This document shows positions 1 to 10,939 of a DNA stretch of 64,000 nt, in pieces. Under the pieces are notes generated by a model, which was given only the letters and a program-made list of their open reading frames with translations, had not been told where the DNA came from and did no database searches. The DNA is taken from the NCBI RefSeq assembly GCF_006345805.1, contig NC_042998.1:71672001-71736000 (forward strand), read 5' to 3'. The stretch's first letter is position 1, and every line of letters begins with the position of its first letter. The stretch is from Octopus sinensis (Eukaryota). The position numbers and the translations under genes are program-made.

Positions 1-1013
1 TCACGCTTATATTTGCAAGTATTCTTCACTGTCTAGTGCATGCATGGATTGAAATGTTCTCTACTGTAGACTCACGCGGCTGGTTGCAGTCATTTGTTAT
101 GTTTTGTAAAATCCAATCACTTCAGATGCTTTTACCTTGTTTTTACATTTCTTAGCATATTTTCCCAATCTCCTCTTTAGATTCTCTCTTCAATTTTTAC
201 CATTGAAACGCAATGTTCTTTTTGCTCAGCCTCTTCTACGCTCTTAAAAATTTCATCTATTTCAGTCCACTTATGCTCTGTTTTTGTCATTGTTCATGCG
301 TATTTCAACTCATACATCATCCACTATACATAATTTGCACATATATAGATAAGAATCTCTAGGTAATACTGCATTATAAAAGTTCTATAGAAGGCTTACA
401 GAATAGGGATTAAAGTTTAATTACTTACAACATATACACAAGTATTATATAAATGATAGTGATTCCATATTAGTTCCCTTTAAGAAGCATTTGGAATATT
501 TAGGAAGAACACAGCATAGATGTTTGAAGAAATAATGACAAATCAAAACTTCCATATATATTTAATCTTACGGAAATAAATTGATTGAATCAATTACGTC
601 CATGACTTTCTTATATACTATATTTCACATCATAAACTTTTAATTTCTTTTTGGTGCATTTACAGGTGTACAGGTATGAGCATATCACAATTAGTGGCAT
701 ATTCTGAAATGGTTTGAACGTCACACGCACGACAGTGCGCCTCAAAAGATACTGCGTAGGTTCTACTAACCCCACCCGTCCCCCTATATAGCATATTGAA
801 AACTCTTCCTCACAATACAGAAATCACTGACTTGCAGCAGAGGTTATGAATTATAATATTCATATAGTTTTATATTAATATATTATGCAATGAAGGAGCT
901 ATTATTTGTGTTCTGATAAAGCACATTTTACCAGATAAAAGCGCTATATACAAATTTTAACGTAATATTCATTCTACTATGTATATTAGCGATGAAAATT
1001 AATAGTCCCTCAA

Positions 1014-1246
1014 AAGGCGGCGAGCTGGCAGAAACCTTAGCACGCCGGGCGAAATGCGTAGCCGTATTTCGTCTGCCGTTCGTTCTGGGTTCAAATTTCA
1101 GCGAGGTCGACTTTGCCTTTCATCTTTTCGGGATTGATAAATTAAGTACCAGTTACGCACTGGGGTCGATGTAATCGGCTTAATCCCTTTGACTGTCCTT
1201 GTTTGTCCCCTCTATATTTAGCCCCTTGTGGGCAATAAAGAAATAA
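1014..1246 (+). mobile_element. tRNA-derived SINE, family A (head AAGGCGGCGAGCTGGCAGAA)
   Basis: tRNA-like head with a B-box-like GGTTCAAAT; body GAGGTCGACTTTGCCTTTCATC...AAGTACCAGTT...GGGGTCGAT; tail AATAAAGAAATAA. The same sequence recurs at 13787, 34929, 36885, 43475 and 51620. Confidence 0.85.
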
Positions 1247-1452
1247 GAATCGTTAATGCTCCGTGAACAAAATGCTTAGCGACATTTCGTCCGTCTTTCC
1301 CCTTTGATTTCCAATTCCGCCGAGCTCTGCTTTGTCTTTCATCTTTTTGGTGACGATAAAATAAGTACTACGTTAACACTAGGGTCGATATAATTGACTA
1401 ACACGCACAACAAACTTGTTGGCCTTGTACCATTATTTGAAACCAATATTAA
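1247..1452 (+). mobile_element. Decayed second family-A SINE directly after the first
   Basis: AAATGCTTAGCGACATTTCGTCCGTC...TTCCGCCGAG...TTTCATC...AAGTAC...GGGTCGATATAATTGAC aligns by eye to the 1014 copy. Confidence 0.65.
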
Positions 1453-2030
1453 TAGCCTGTCAATTAGAATTCATACAATTATGTGAAATAATTACGGTTT
1501 ATTTTCCGGAAAGGGCAATATATCGACAACAGTTTAGCCGAATTACCTGTGGATAAATTATAGCTAAAAGTCAAACAAATTGAAAAGATGTACCTATCGT
1601 ATCTATGTAAGATATAAATTTCTCGACAGCATATAGTTAACTTCGTCGTATCTAGAATGTATTTATTGCATAACATATTATTTTTCTGCTTTTCTATCAC
1701 CCAACAGTAAAAGCATAGGAACATATTAAAAAAGATTGATCACACGTCGTTTTGATCAGTACAAGCCTAGGACCGAAAGCTAAACCAAAAGCAAAGTAGT
1801 GTTCTACATGTTCTTGGCAGATTTAATTTTCACAACAAAGCATTATTTCTGTGATAGATCCGTTTAGAAAAAATGAGGTTTATCTCTTTTATACTCATCA
1901 CGTCAAAACAGCCTTTGCTAATCTCCTTTCTAACCGCCAAATCAAATGCTCTTTATCTGTTCCTCAAGTTAATTGTTTCCTCTTTCATATACATTGAAAA
2001 GAATGTATTTGGAATACTTTACTCTCAATA

Positions 2031-2500
2031 TTCTTCTTCTCCATCTTGGCTTGTCTTCACTGACGACGATTAGAAAGGTTGTTATCCATGTCCTCTGCAC
2101 GCTCATTCGTGGCTGATAAGGCCGATGTGATATTGACCTATCCGATTTCAGTGATGACAGAGGTATGATTGCCCTGGGCCTGATGATGCGGTTGAAATAT
2201 TTTTTCGCCTCTAATGTTTTTCTTCAAGAGAGGCACTGCGAGAGATCTCAAAGGAGGAAATATCATCGCTAATGGTATGGGGTCAAGCAGAATGGTCAGC
2301 TGTTAAAGTGGACTGCTAAGGCTAAGGAACTGCATCAGGCAGTCCTTGTAACGCTTCTTAAATGCTCCCATATTGCGGTGGTCAGTTGTGCTCTCACAGT
2401 ATATGATGATCTTGGGTAGGCGGTGCTCTCTCATCCTGTCAACGTGTCTTGCCCAACGCAGTCGTGTATCAATTAAAATGGCTTCCTGGCTGGTAACCTT
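2031..2500 (-). mobile_element. RTE (BovB-like) LINE 3' fragment, decayed
   Basis: Minus strand reads EAILIDTRLRWARHVDRMREHRLPKIIIYCESTTDHRNMGAFKKRYKDCL, matching the RTE C-terminal LRWAGHVxRM...RLPK...GxPKKRYKD motif. Further on it reads HIGLISHE*AC, the RTE terminal zinc-knuckle region, and ends in a (GAA)n-like tail at 2031-2040. Confidence 0.8.
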
Positions 2501-3061
2501 TTAAATGACAGTGAAATATCATGGACACGGCAGCACTACAATTTATGTTTCTCCTTAAACTCACATCCCTGTCAGTCACAGTTTGCAGTCTGATCGCGAA
2601 GAAAAACTATAAAATTGCATGGATGAGATTTTACTCGGAATACCTTAATAAGATTGTTTGCGGATATTGAGTACTACAACACATATTGTACGATATTCTA
2701 TGCATGTATTGATTGTTGAAGCATTCAAGAACATACACATAACTTTTAACAAATTGACATAATTAGAAACAAGCTCTAACATTTGCATTGAAATTAGATG
2801 TTTGCAAACATGTTGATTACGTCATGGGAAAGGGGAAAATCCTTTTATTATTAATTTCAACAAACCCTGTGAATTAGGACGTCTAAACTATGCGAATGTG
2901 ACATTTAAACACAAACTATCCTCCAACAAAGAATGTTTGTTGTAAAACACAACAATATGTATTGATCCACAAATATGAATACCGTATTGTTAACAGAAAA
3001 GTAAGATAAAATATTGACTTCTAAATATTTAATATACTTGATAGCATGTTATAGTTGTCTA

Positions 3062-3256
3062 TGCTAGCTATCACTATAGGTCGTTAGCCACTACACACAT
3101 TTTTTCTCTCCTTGTTTTTTCTGTGTCCCTTTCTGGAGAAGAGCGCAGGCTCGAAATGTAAAAGACTTTTTCTTTTCCTGAGCGTTATACTAATACATCT
3201 GTTTGTTTTGTATGCCACCTGTCTTCGTCTTTTGTTTTTTTCGTAAAATCTCCCTA
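3062..3256 (+). mobile_element. Short interspersed repeat resembling a Penelope-like element terminus, with a degenerate minimal hammerhead motif
   Basis: 3129-3164: CTTT-CTGGAGA-A-GAGC(GCAG)GCTC-GAAA-TG-TA-AAAG. A related element lies on the minus strand at 40940-41190. Ends in a TA/(TG)n tract. Confidence 0.45.
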
Positions 3257-5105
3257 TATATATGTGTGTGTGTGTGTGTATGTGTGTGTGTGTGTGTGAG
3301 TGTGTGTATAGGCAAGCACTAGCATTCGCATAATAGTTTCTATGAATTAATACTTCAAGTGGTTTTTGAGATGATTAAATATTTTCCATTTAACAACCTA
3401 TGCGAGGTAGTTCTTTAAATGGAAAATGTTTAAGTGATTGTGTATATAATATGAACTCTTCTTTTGAAATTGTAAACGGCTCAGAAACTTGCTTCATAAA
3501 ACAAATTCCTCTATGGTATATGAACTTCTGTAAATTCTAAGAATTGTATTTGCGAATATTGTTTGTGATTTAAATGCATATGTGGTGAATGAGAACATTC
3601 CTGTGCGAATTAATAAGGAGATTTAATATTTTATGCGTGATATATAAAGCCATTTATTGCACGTAAAAAGATGCGAGATGTTTTTAGTAGAGAAAGACCT
3701 TTTAATTTATGTATTTTGTTAAATGTCTCTGTTGGTGCAGGCCGCCGCTCCATCCTTTGTAATAGTGGTGTTTCTTTACTTTTCCTGAATATTTTATAAA
3801 TTGTGATATATAGTATACAGATCATAGAAACATTTTGTACAATTAGAATGACGTAATCCACAATGTTATATAGCTTAATAATTGGATTCTTCTACGACGT
3901 AAAGTTAGTGCTCGGAGTGTTATTCGGATCGCTGGAATATATTCATTATCATCTAATGATCAAATCTACAACATAAATTTTAATTAATTATTTGTGAAAG
4001 TACTATGTTGAAAGACATCGATTTTCTATTTTTCCTTGCTTTATTTTCCACGTTTTCAGACTCATTATTCATCAGCTCTCTTTAATCATATGATATTTAT
4101 GTATGAACTGTTGTAGACGACTTGCATTGAGGAAGCGGTACAAAGACAAGTATAATCTATGTTTCATATCAAGACGCAACTATTTTACATTACGTTTCCA
4201 ACCTTGTCATATGTATATTTCCCCAGGTAGCCGTTTAGAAATATTTCTCAATAAATACACGACAATTATGCAGTTTTCATTATAGTACACTTTCTAAATA
4301 TATTCCATATTTCTCTGTTCTACCGATTACGCACTTATCATGTTTGTCGGATATATCTTTGATTCAGGCATTACGTGAAGCTCTTGACAAACTTACTCGC
4401 AGAATAAAATAGTAGATTATATTCAATATAACATCTTTAATGTTATCACTATCAATCATCACTGATTCTCTTTGCCTCTTGGCACTAGAGGAATATTGGA
4501 TATATAATTATCATTCAAATATTTCTTTTCAGGTATTACGAATCTCTTTTGCTTTCATTATGGCGAATGTATTTCTCAATGGAATAATATAATCTGACTC
4601 TAAACGTCCAGAATAGGCTAAATGTATAGCAAACATTCGGACTGATTATGATAAACTGGATATTTCTATTAAACTATACATCTGGTTATTGAAGTAACTA
4701 TGTATGGAAGAAATATGGATTGAATGGCAAACAGTAATCCTTTGATGTAGTTTAGCAGCACACCATATTAATTTGCAGTGTTATCGACTTCCGAACAGGT
4801 TTAGTGCTTTTAATTCTGTAACTACACGGCTGATTCAAAATATTTTAGTGGAATATAGATGCAAAGTGCCAGAAAACGTCCATAAACCTTGAATTAAAAG
4901 AAGTAGAGTGATAGTGGTAATGTTGGTTTTGTATCCAAAAGCCTTCACTGGGAAAGACAACTGCTATATTATTCTATCCTCGACAGACGAATAAGATCTG
5001 TGTGCGCAAAGCTATCCGTAAATTACTATTCTGTTCGTATTCTGTAATACATAAGGCTGTGCATCCACGAGACACGCAGAAAAGGTTAGTCACTATTGTT
5101 TTCAG

Positions 5106-5106
<1 letters not shown>

Positions 5107-5152
<46 letters not shown>

Positions 5153-5177
5153 CACACCACACACACACACACACACA
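5107..5177. repeat. (CA)n microsatellite
   Basis: Direct reading of the sequence. Confidence 0.95.
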
Positions 5178-5635
5178 TTCTTTTACATCTTTACTTGTTT
5201 CAGCCATTTTACTGCGGCCTTGCTCGAGCAATAATTCAAATAGTGTTAAAATGATCCCTATTTCTCAGTATGTGTAAAGTATCTTCCCCGAAACAAGTGC
5301 AACTCTTCCTGTTACGTCTTTAATTACACTGTACAACAAATCTCAAGGTTACGAATAAGAAAACATAGTTTTCGTGTACATTTTATTATGGATTTTATTG
5401 TGTTAAATTCGTATTTTTTATAACAAAACGTCCCCAACACGTCACATTTTCTTGCAAATTACCAACTTAATAACTATATAATTTATACCAATTTCTATGA
5501 TACCATAAATTCATTTTGCTCCCTAAGCCGGATTAAGTATGCTATTATAATTAATCCATAAATATACAATGAATCAGCATGTTTATTAGCGTTATTAATA
5601 TCTACATTTATAATACATATATATATATATATGTG

Positions 5636-5792
5636 TATCAAATGAAATCAAAAACAGAACACAAAGCATGTCGCGGTACATTCTTACATCATTTATGTCG
5701 ATTATACAATGATGTAAGAACAGGTCGTTTACAAAGCTTGAAACACGTGTACCGCGACATCCTTTGTGTTCTGTTTTTGAATTCATTTGATA
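5636..5792. repeat. Fold-back / MITE-like inverted repeat
   Basis: Arms of about 45 bp: TATCAAATGAAATCAAAAACAGAACACAAAGCATGTCGCGGTACA (5636-5680) and TGTACCGCGACATCCTTTGTGTTCTGTTTTTGAATTCATTTGATA (5748-5792). Inner perfect 13-bp inverted repeat at 5681-5693 / 5708-5720. TA-rich on both sides. Confidence 0.8.
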
Positions 5793-5865
5793 TATATACC
5801 CTCTAACCTCTGCTACTAGCTGGCGTATACCAGTGCTGACACTTATCAAGTATTCACCCTAAATT

Positions 5866-5869
<4 letters not shown>

Positions 5870-5909
<40 letters not shown>

Positions 5910-5927
5910 ATTATTATTATTATTATT
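5870..5927. repeat. (TA)n followed by (TTA)n: 3' tail or target of the R4/Dong element
   Basis: Direct reading; on the minus strand the element ends ...CAAACGTAG(AAT)n followed by (TA)n. Confidence 0.9.
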
Positions 5928-8410
5928 CTACGTTTGACTTTTGCTTTATATTTGTACAGGTTGGCTCCAAGTCTCACCCAGAGACCTCAAGAGACAACAC
6001 GTTGGAAGTTCACGTTGTTGTTATGCCTAGTGTGCCATATATTTGGTTGTTTTTTGTTTTGTACTAGTGGATGTCTAAAAAAAAATAAAAATAAAAATAA
6101 AAATAAAATGTTTGTTTTAAACCTTGAGATTACATAGAAAGTATTTTGCGTAGGATATGAGCATTTCCCATGAGCACTATCCTTTGAATTTCTGCTATTT
6201 TTGGGTTTCCTGGTATCTGAGTTAGGTAGCAATCAGCCCTTTTTGCTATCATTCCCAAGGTACCTATGACAATAGGTATTGTTTTAGTCTTCATGTTCCA
6301 CATTTTGCTGATTTCTATTTCAAGATCTTTATATTTTCTCAGTTTTTGGTAGGTCTTCACAGATACCTTTATATCGATTGGGACAGTCATATCAATGAAG
6401 AGGCATGTTCTTTGTTTGAAGTCTTTCAATATGATGTCTGGCCTATTTGCATCTATCTTTCTGTCAGTTTGAATGGTGAAGTTCCAGAGGAGTGAGGTCA
6501 TTAGCCATTGATGGGTCAGGGATTTGTCAACATCTGCATTATTCGCTCTCTTTGGGTATTTGCCATAGAGAGGTTTTTCTTGCCATTTATCATTCAGAAT
6601 ATCTAAGGCCGTAGATTTAGCACGGGTTTTCATGCGCTTAGCTTTTTCTGTGCCTGTTTCTTGTATGTCTATTTCTAATTCCGAAATTTGTTGTAATTGG
6701 AATTCACTTAGATATTCTTTTGCCTGTTTTGTTACTGAGTATGATGCTTTCTTGTTTTCATGTTTTGAGACAAGTTTTAACATCCAGTCCTCAGAGTTTT
6801 TCAGGTAGGTGTCTAGGCCAATTGTAGCAATCTTCATTGTTATTGCCAGTTGTAAAAGACCACGGCCTCCCTCTTTTCTTGGCAGATAAAGTCGTTCTGT
6901 ATCTGCCTTAGGGTGGTACATTATATGCATTGTCAACAGTTTTCGTATTTTTCTGTCAAGATTACATATTTCAGTAATTGACCAGTTAACGATATTGAAA
7001 CTGTATGTTACGACTTGTATGGCTAAAGCATTGATCGCGTCGATCCTGTTTCTTGCATTCAGCTCTGTATTGAGTATTGCTCTTACTCTGCGATAACATT
7101 CTCTCCTGATCCTTTCCTTCATCTCTGAGTGCCTTATTCCGTCTCCTTCAATTACCCCTAGATACTTGTAGTTCTCCGCTGGGTCTAATTCTTTTATGAC
7201 ATTCTGCTGGTCAAGGTTAACGTTAGATGTTTTTGTCATTTTTCCTTTGATAAAGGTAGCTTTTGCGCATTTATCGAGGCCAAATTGCATTTTGATGTCA
7301 TCACTGAATTGTTTGACAATCGCTAGTAAGCCCTTGAGTTGTTGGTCATTTTTTGCAAAGAGCTTTAAATCATCCATGTAAATGAGATGATTTATATTTT
7401 TATCAAACATTTTATATCCGTACTGCGCGTCATGGAGCAGTTTTGAGAGAGGTATTAAGGCTAAACAGAAGAGGAGTGGTGATAGTGAGTCACCCTGGAA
7501 AATGCCACATGAAAATGTTTACATCACCAGCATTTAGAGATTCATTGTCACTGTTCAAAGTTAGTGTGGTTCTCCATGATCTCATACTGACAGACAAAAT
7601 GTTTCGCAGAGTAAGTGCTATCTTATACATTTCTAGGCATTTCTTAATCCAGCTATGTGGTAGGCTATCAAAAGCCTTTTTATAGTCTATCCAGGTTATT
7701 GATAAGTTTTTGTGTCGTTTGTGACAATCTTCTAAGATCATCTTATTGATGAGTAGTTGGTCTTTACAACCGTAGGATCCACGTTTACATCATTTCCGTC
7801 CATTTGGGAATATACTGCTGTCTGTCAAAAAAACTATAGGTATATTCCGTCACGACAGATGTTAGTGTTTTATACATAGTTGTTAAGCAGGTTATGGGTC
7901 TATAGTTTTTGGGTTCATTTGTTTCTTCACTTTTTGGAAGCAGGAATGTTAACCCATTAACTAGCCAAGGAGGCATCCTACTAGGGTGTTGCAAAACATC
8001 ATTGTAAAGTTCTGTTAGCAGTTCATGGCTCTCTGGGAAGGCATTCAACCAGAAGTTAGGGATTTTATCCTTTCCTGGAGACTTCCATTTGCTTGACCTC
8101 CTGAGAGCAGATCTTATATCTTCTACCTTGACACCCTCCCACTTTTGCTCGTCTAAGGAGTTCAGTTCTTTAGATATTCTATCAATCCAGGGGGCCTTTT
8201 CGCTGTGTATTTTTTCTTCTGCCCAAATTATATTCCAAAAAAGAACCTCAAGAAGAGTTATTCCCATTTCCGTTTTTTTTTCCATTGTTATACAGTGTTT
8301 TCAAACATTAATCACCAAAAGATTATTAATTGCATAAGATTTCTCTGTATCTTCTTCAAATGTAATGGGCTCTCAATGTTTTCTATTCTAGGTTTCATAA
8401 TATGATATTT
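5905..8410 (-). mobile_element. R4/Dong-clade non-LTR retrotransposon, 5'-truncated and frameshifted (RT plus restriction-like endonuclease)
   Basis: RT motifs [58 protein letters not shown] and RLYLPRKEGGRGL. C-terminal RLE motif NRPDI...IDMTVP...K..KY. 3' UTR ends in (TAA)n. Confidence 0.9.
6130..7410 (-). pseudogene. R4/Dong ORF C-terminal part (RT catalytic region, thumb, RLE nuclease; CCHC finger absent)
   Basis: 426-aa ORF with YMDD and PD..D..K motifs. Upstream RT pieces lie in other frames (7490-7741, 7785-8285). Confidence 0.85.
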
Positions 8411-8846
8411 AAAACGATAACAAATGAACTACTAAAGATTGCAAATGACGAACATTTGTCAAGTGAGACACGGATAAGATATATAAGAAGTGTGTTATTA
8501 AAATATATGTCATCATTTTCAGTGATTGAATGTATACTGAGTTATATCTTAGCCTGGTTGATGTTAAGTTGGATCGCTGAATTAAAATCTCTGAATTTGA
8601 ATTCAGAAAATTGTAACAAATACAGTTATGCATTCTGCATCGACCACCTTCTGAACATTTCATTTTCTGTCAGTACTAACATTTTCACATTTATATACAT
8701 GCATGCATACATACATACCCTGTTGTTGATGTTGAAATTCCAATGAAGGAGGCCTAGCGCGAGGTTAGCAACTGGCTTTTTCTCTATTGGCAAGAAAGTT
8801 TGATATAAAACTGAATAAGACTATGCATACATACATACATTCATGT

Positions 8847-8892
<46 letters not shown>

Positions 8893-8894
8893 AT

Positions 8895-9079
8895 ATATAT
8901 TGTATAGAGGGCATTATTACACATAAATGCCTCACACTAGGAGGGACAAAGTCATTACTACCAAAATTATACTAATCATACCCAAATGCATTGGGTATGA
9001 TTAGTATAATTTTGGTAGTAATGACTTTGTCCCTCCTAGTGTGAGGCATTTATTGTAATAATGCCCTCTATACAATATA
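8895..9079. repeat. Near-perfect palindrome with ~90-bp arms
   Basis: TTGTATAGAGGGCATT...CATACCCA AATGCATT GGGTATG...AATGCCCTCTATACAA. The arms differ by about one indel. Adjoins (TA)n at 8850-8900. Confidence 0.9.
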
Positions 9080-9674
9080 GATATAATTAATTTGTTCAAA
9101 AGAAAAAAATTATTTTCGAATTCTTTTCTTTTACGAGGTTTTCACGCTAGCTACCCGATAATTTCTTGTTAAGATCCCTTATTAAGAGATTATCCTTAAT
9201 TGTTAAACTTATATATATATATATATATATATATCATCCTGAAGCTGAGACGATAAGATGTGTTTTTACTCCTCTCTGCGCCGGTCAGCAGCAAGCTTCA
9301 CAGCTACATTCGTCGTAATTGACCATCACATATATTCCTGTATATTTGAAACCATGCTTTTTCCCAACTCGTGAGTAGACTTTTCCTTAACCAGAAACTA
9401 TTTTCATAATTTTCAAACGATCAAATACCTTCTGATAACTAAAGGATCACCCACACATTAAACATTAGAAAAAGAGGGGGAAAAAAAGAAAAGAAAAGAA
9501 AGATAAAATAACTACAAGCCCATAATTCAAATACAAACTTCTCAGTATTACAGCAATCATTCTGTACAATCAATTCTACATACTTCTCCTTAAAAAAAAA
9601 AAAAATAATAATAATTAAAAGTAATCAACAAAACAAACGAACAAAATAAAATTTAATAAAACATATCAACCAGA

Positions 9675-10939
9675 ATGGCTAGCCACCAAAAATCCAACAA
9701 AAACTGGTCTGATAATGAAGTCGACGTTCTTATCAACACATGGCATGGCCTTACCGAAACAGAGAGCATAGGTGCTTCGTATCTGAACGAAATTGCTAAA
9801 CGAGCAGTTCACCATTTGCAAACTCGATCTGAACAGCAGATACAAAATAAATTAAAACAAATCGAAGTTGCTTTTAAATTAATAAATAAACACTTCGATA
9901 AACTGAGATGCGTTTTCTCTTCGAACGCATCACCGGCGCAACAACAACAACAACCTCAACAACAACAGACTCAGCGGCAACAACAACAACAACAGCTGCA
10001 GCAACAACAACAACTTCAGCAGCAACAACCTCAGCGGCAACAACAACAACAACAACCTCAACAACAAACTCAGCGGCAACAACAACAACAGATACAGCAA
10101 CAACAACAGGATGAACCACTCCTCGATTCATCTACAATGGCCGATTTGCTAAACGAAACGATTGACCCCCCCCAGTCATCAGGGTCACACAGCAGGAAGC
10201 ACCACCCCTTCCTTTCACTGCCCCAGCAACTCAATCATCATCATTGTCAACACCATCTCCTCTGCTTACTACTACTAGTACTACTCCAACTATGTATCGA
10301 CAAACATCTTTGTCTTGGAATCGACCTCCTCAATCATTACCACTGTCAACATCTCTTCTACCTACTACTACTACTACTACTACAACTACTACTACTAATG
10401 CTATCTCAAGGAATTTACCTCCTACAGGTCACAAAGGTCGCCAAAACTTCAACAAACTATCATATACACCTTTCACAACTCACACACACACACGCACCTA
10501 CACACCCACTCGAAACCCCATCATTTGCCGATATTCTCTTCGCCATAGTCTGTGCATAGTCTGCAAATTCACCCATTTACCTGGAACAAAACGCTCTATC
10601 CCCACAAACTACAACAGCAACCACCATAATACAACACCACCACAACCACCAATATCTCAAACAAGGAATCCCCAAATCTGCCGCTATTCCCAGCGAGACA
10701 GATTGTGTCTGCACAGGGATTGCCCCTTTACCCATCTCCCGGGGACTCGTCGGGCATTTAAAGATAACCACTCACATAAAAATAGCCGCGGCCACAGTAA
10801 CCTGCGGTTCCCTAGACATGAAACCACCTCTTCTTCCTCTTTTTTAGCTATAATGAATCTAGCAAAAGAACTGGAAAAAAACATCCGAGCTATCACCCAC
10901 CACCATCCACCACAAATACCCCACTGCACATGCCATTAA
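9675..10939 (+). CDS. LINE ORF1: Myb/SANT-like N-terminus, polyQ, Ser/Thr/Pro linker, two CCCH-like zinc fingers; one frameshift at the C8 run 10166-10173
   Basis: WSDNEVDVLINTW...RSEQQIQNKLKQI, then a (CAA/CAG)n polyQ tract. One extra C in the C8 run joins ORF 9675 to the frame that is open from 10166 to 10939, which contains CRYSLRHSLCIVCKFTH and CRYSQRDRLCLHRDCPFTH. Confidence 0.7.

Noticed and set aside
1-300. Minus-strand coding-like stretch (MTKTEHKWTEIDEIF...)
   Set aside because: Multiple stops, no recognisable motif, and truncated by the window edge.
9874-10131. Alternative-frame ORFs rich in V or T over the polyQ tract
   Set aside because: They are other readings of the (CAA/CAG)n repeat inside ORF1.
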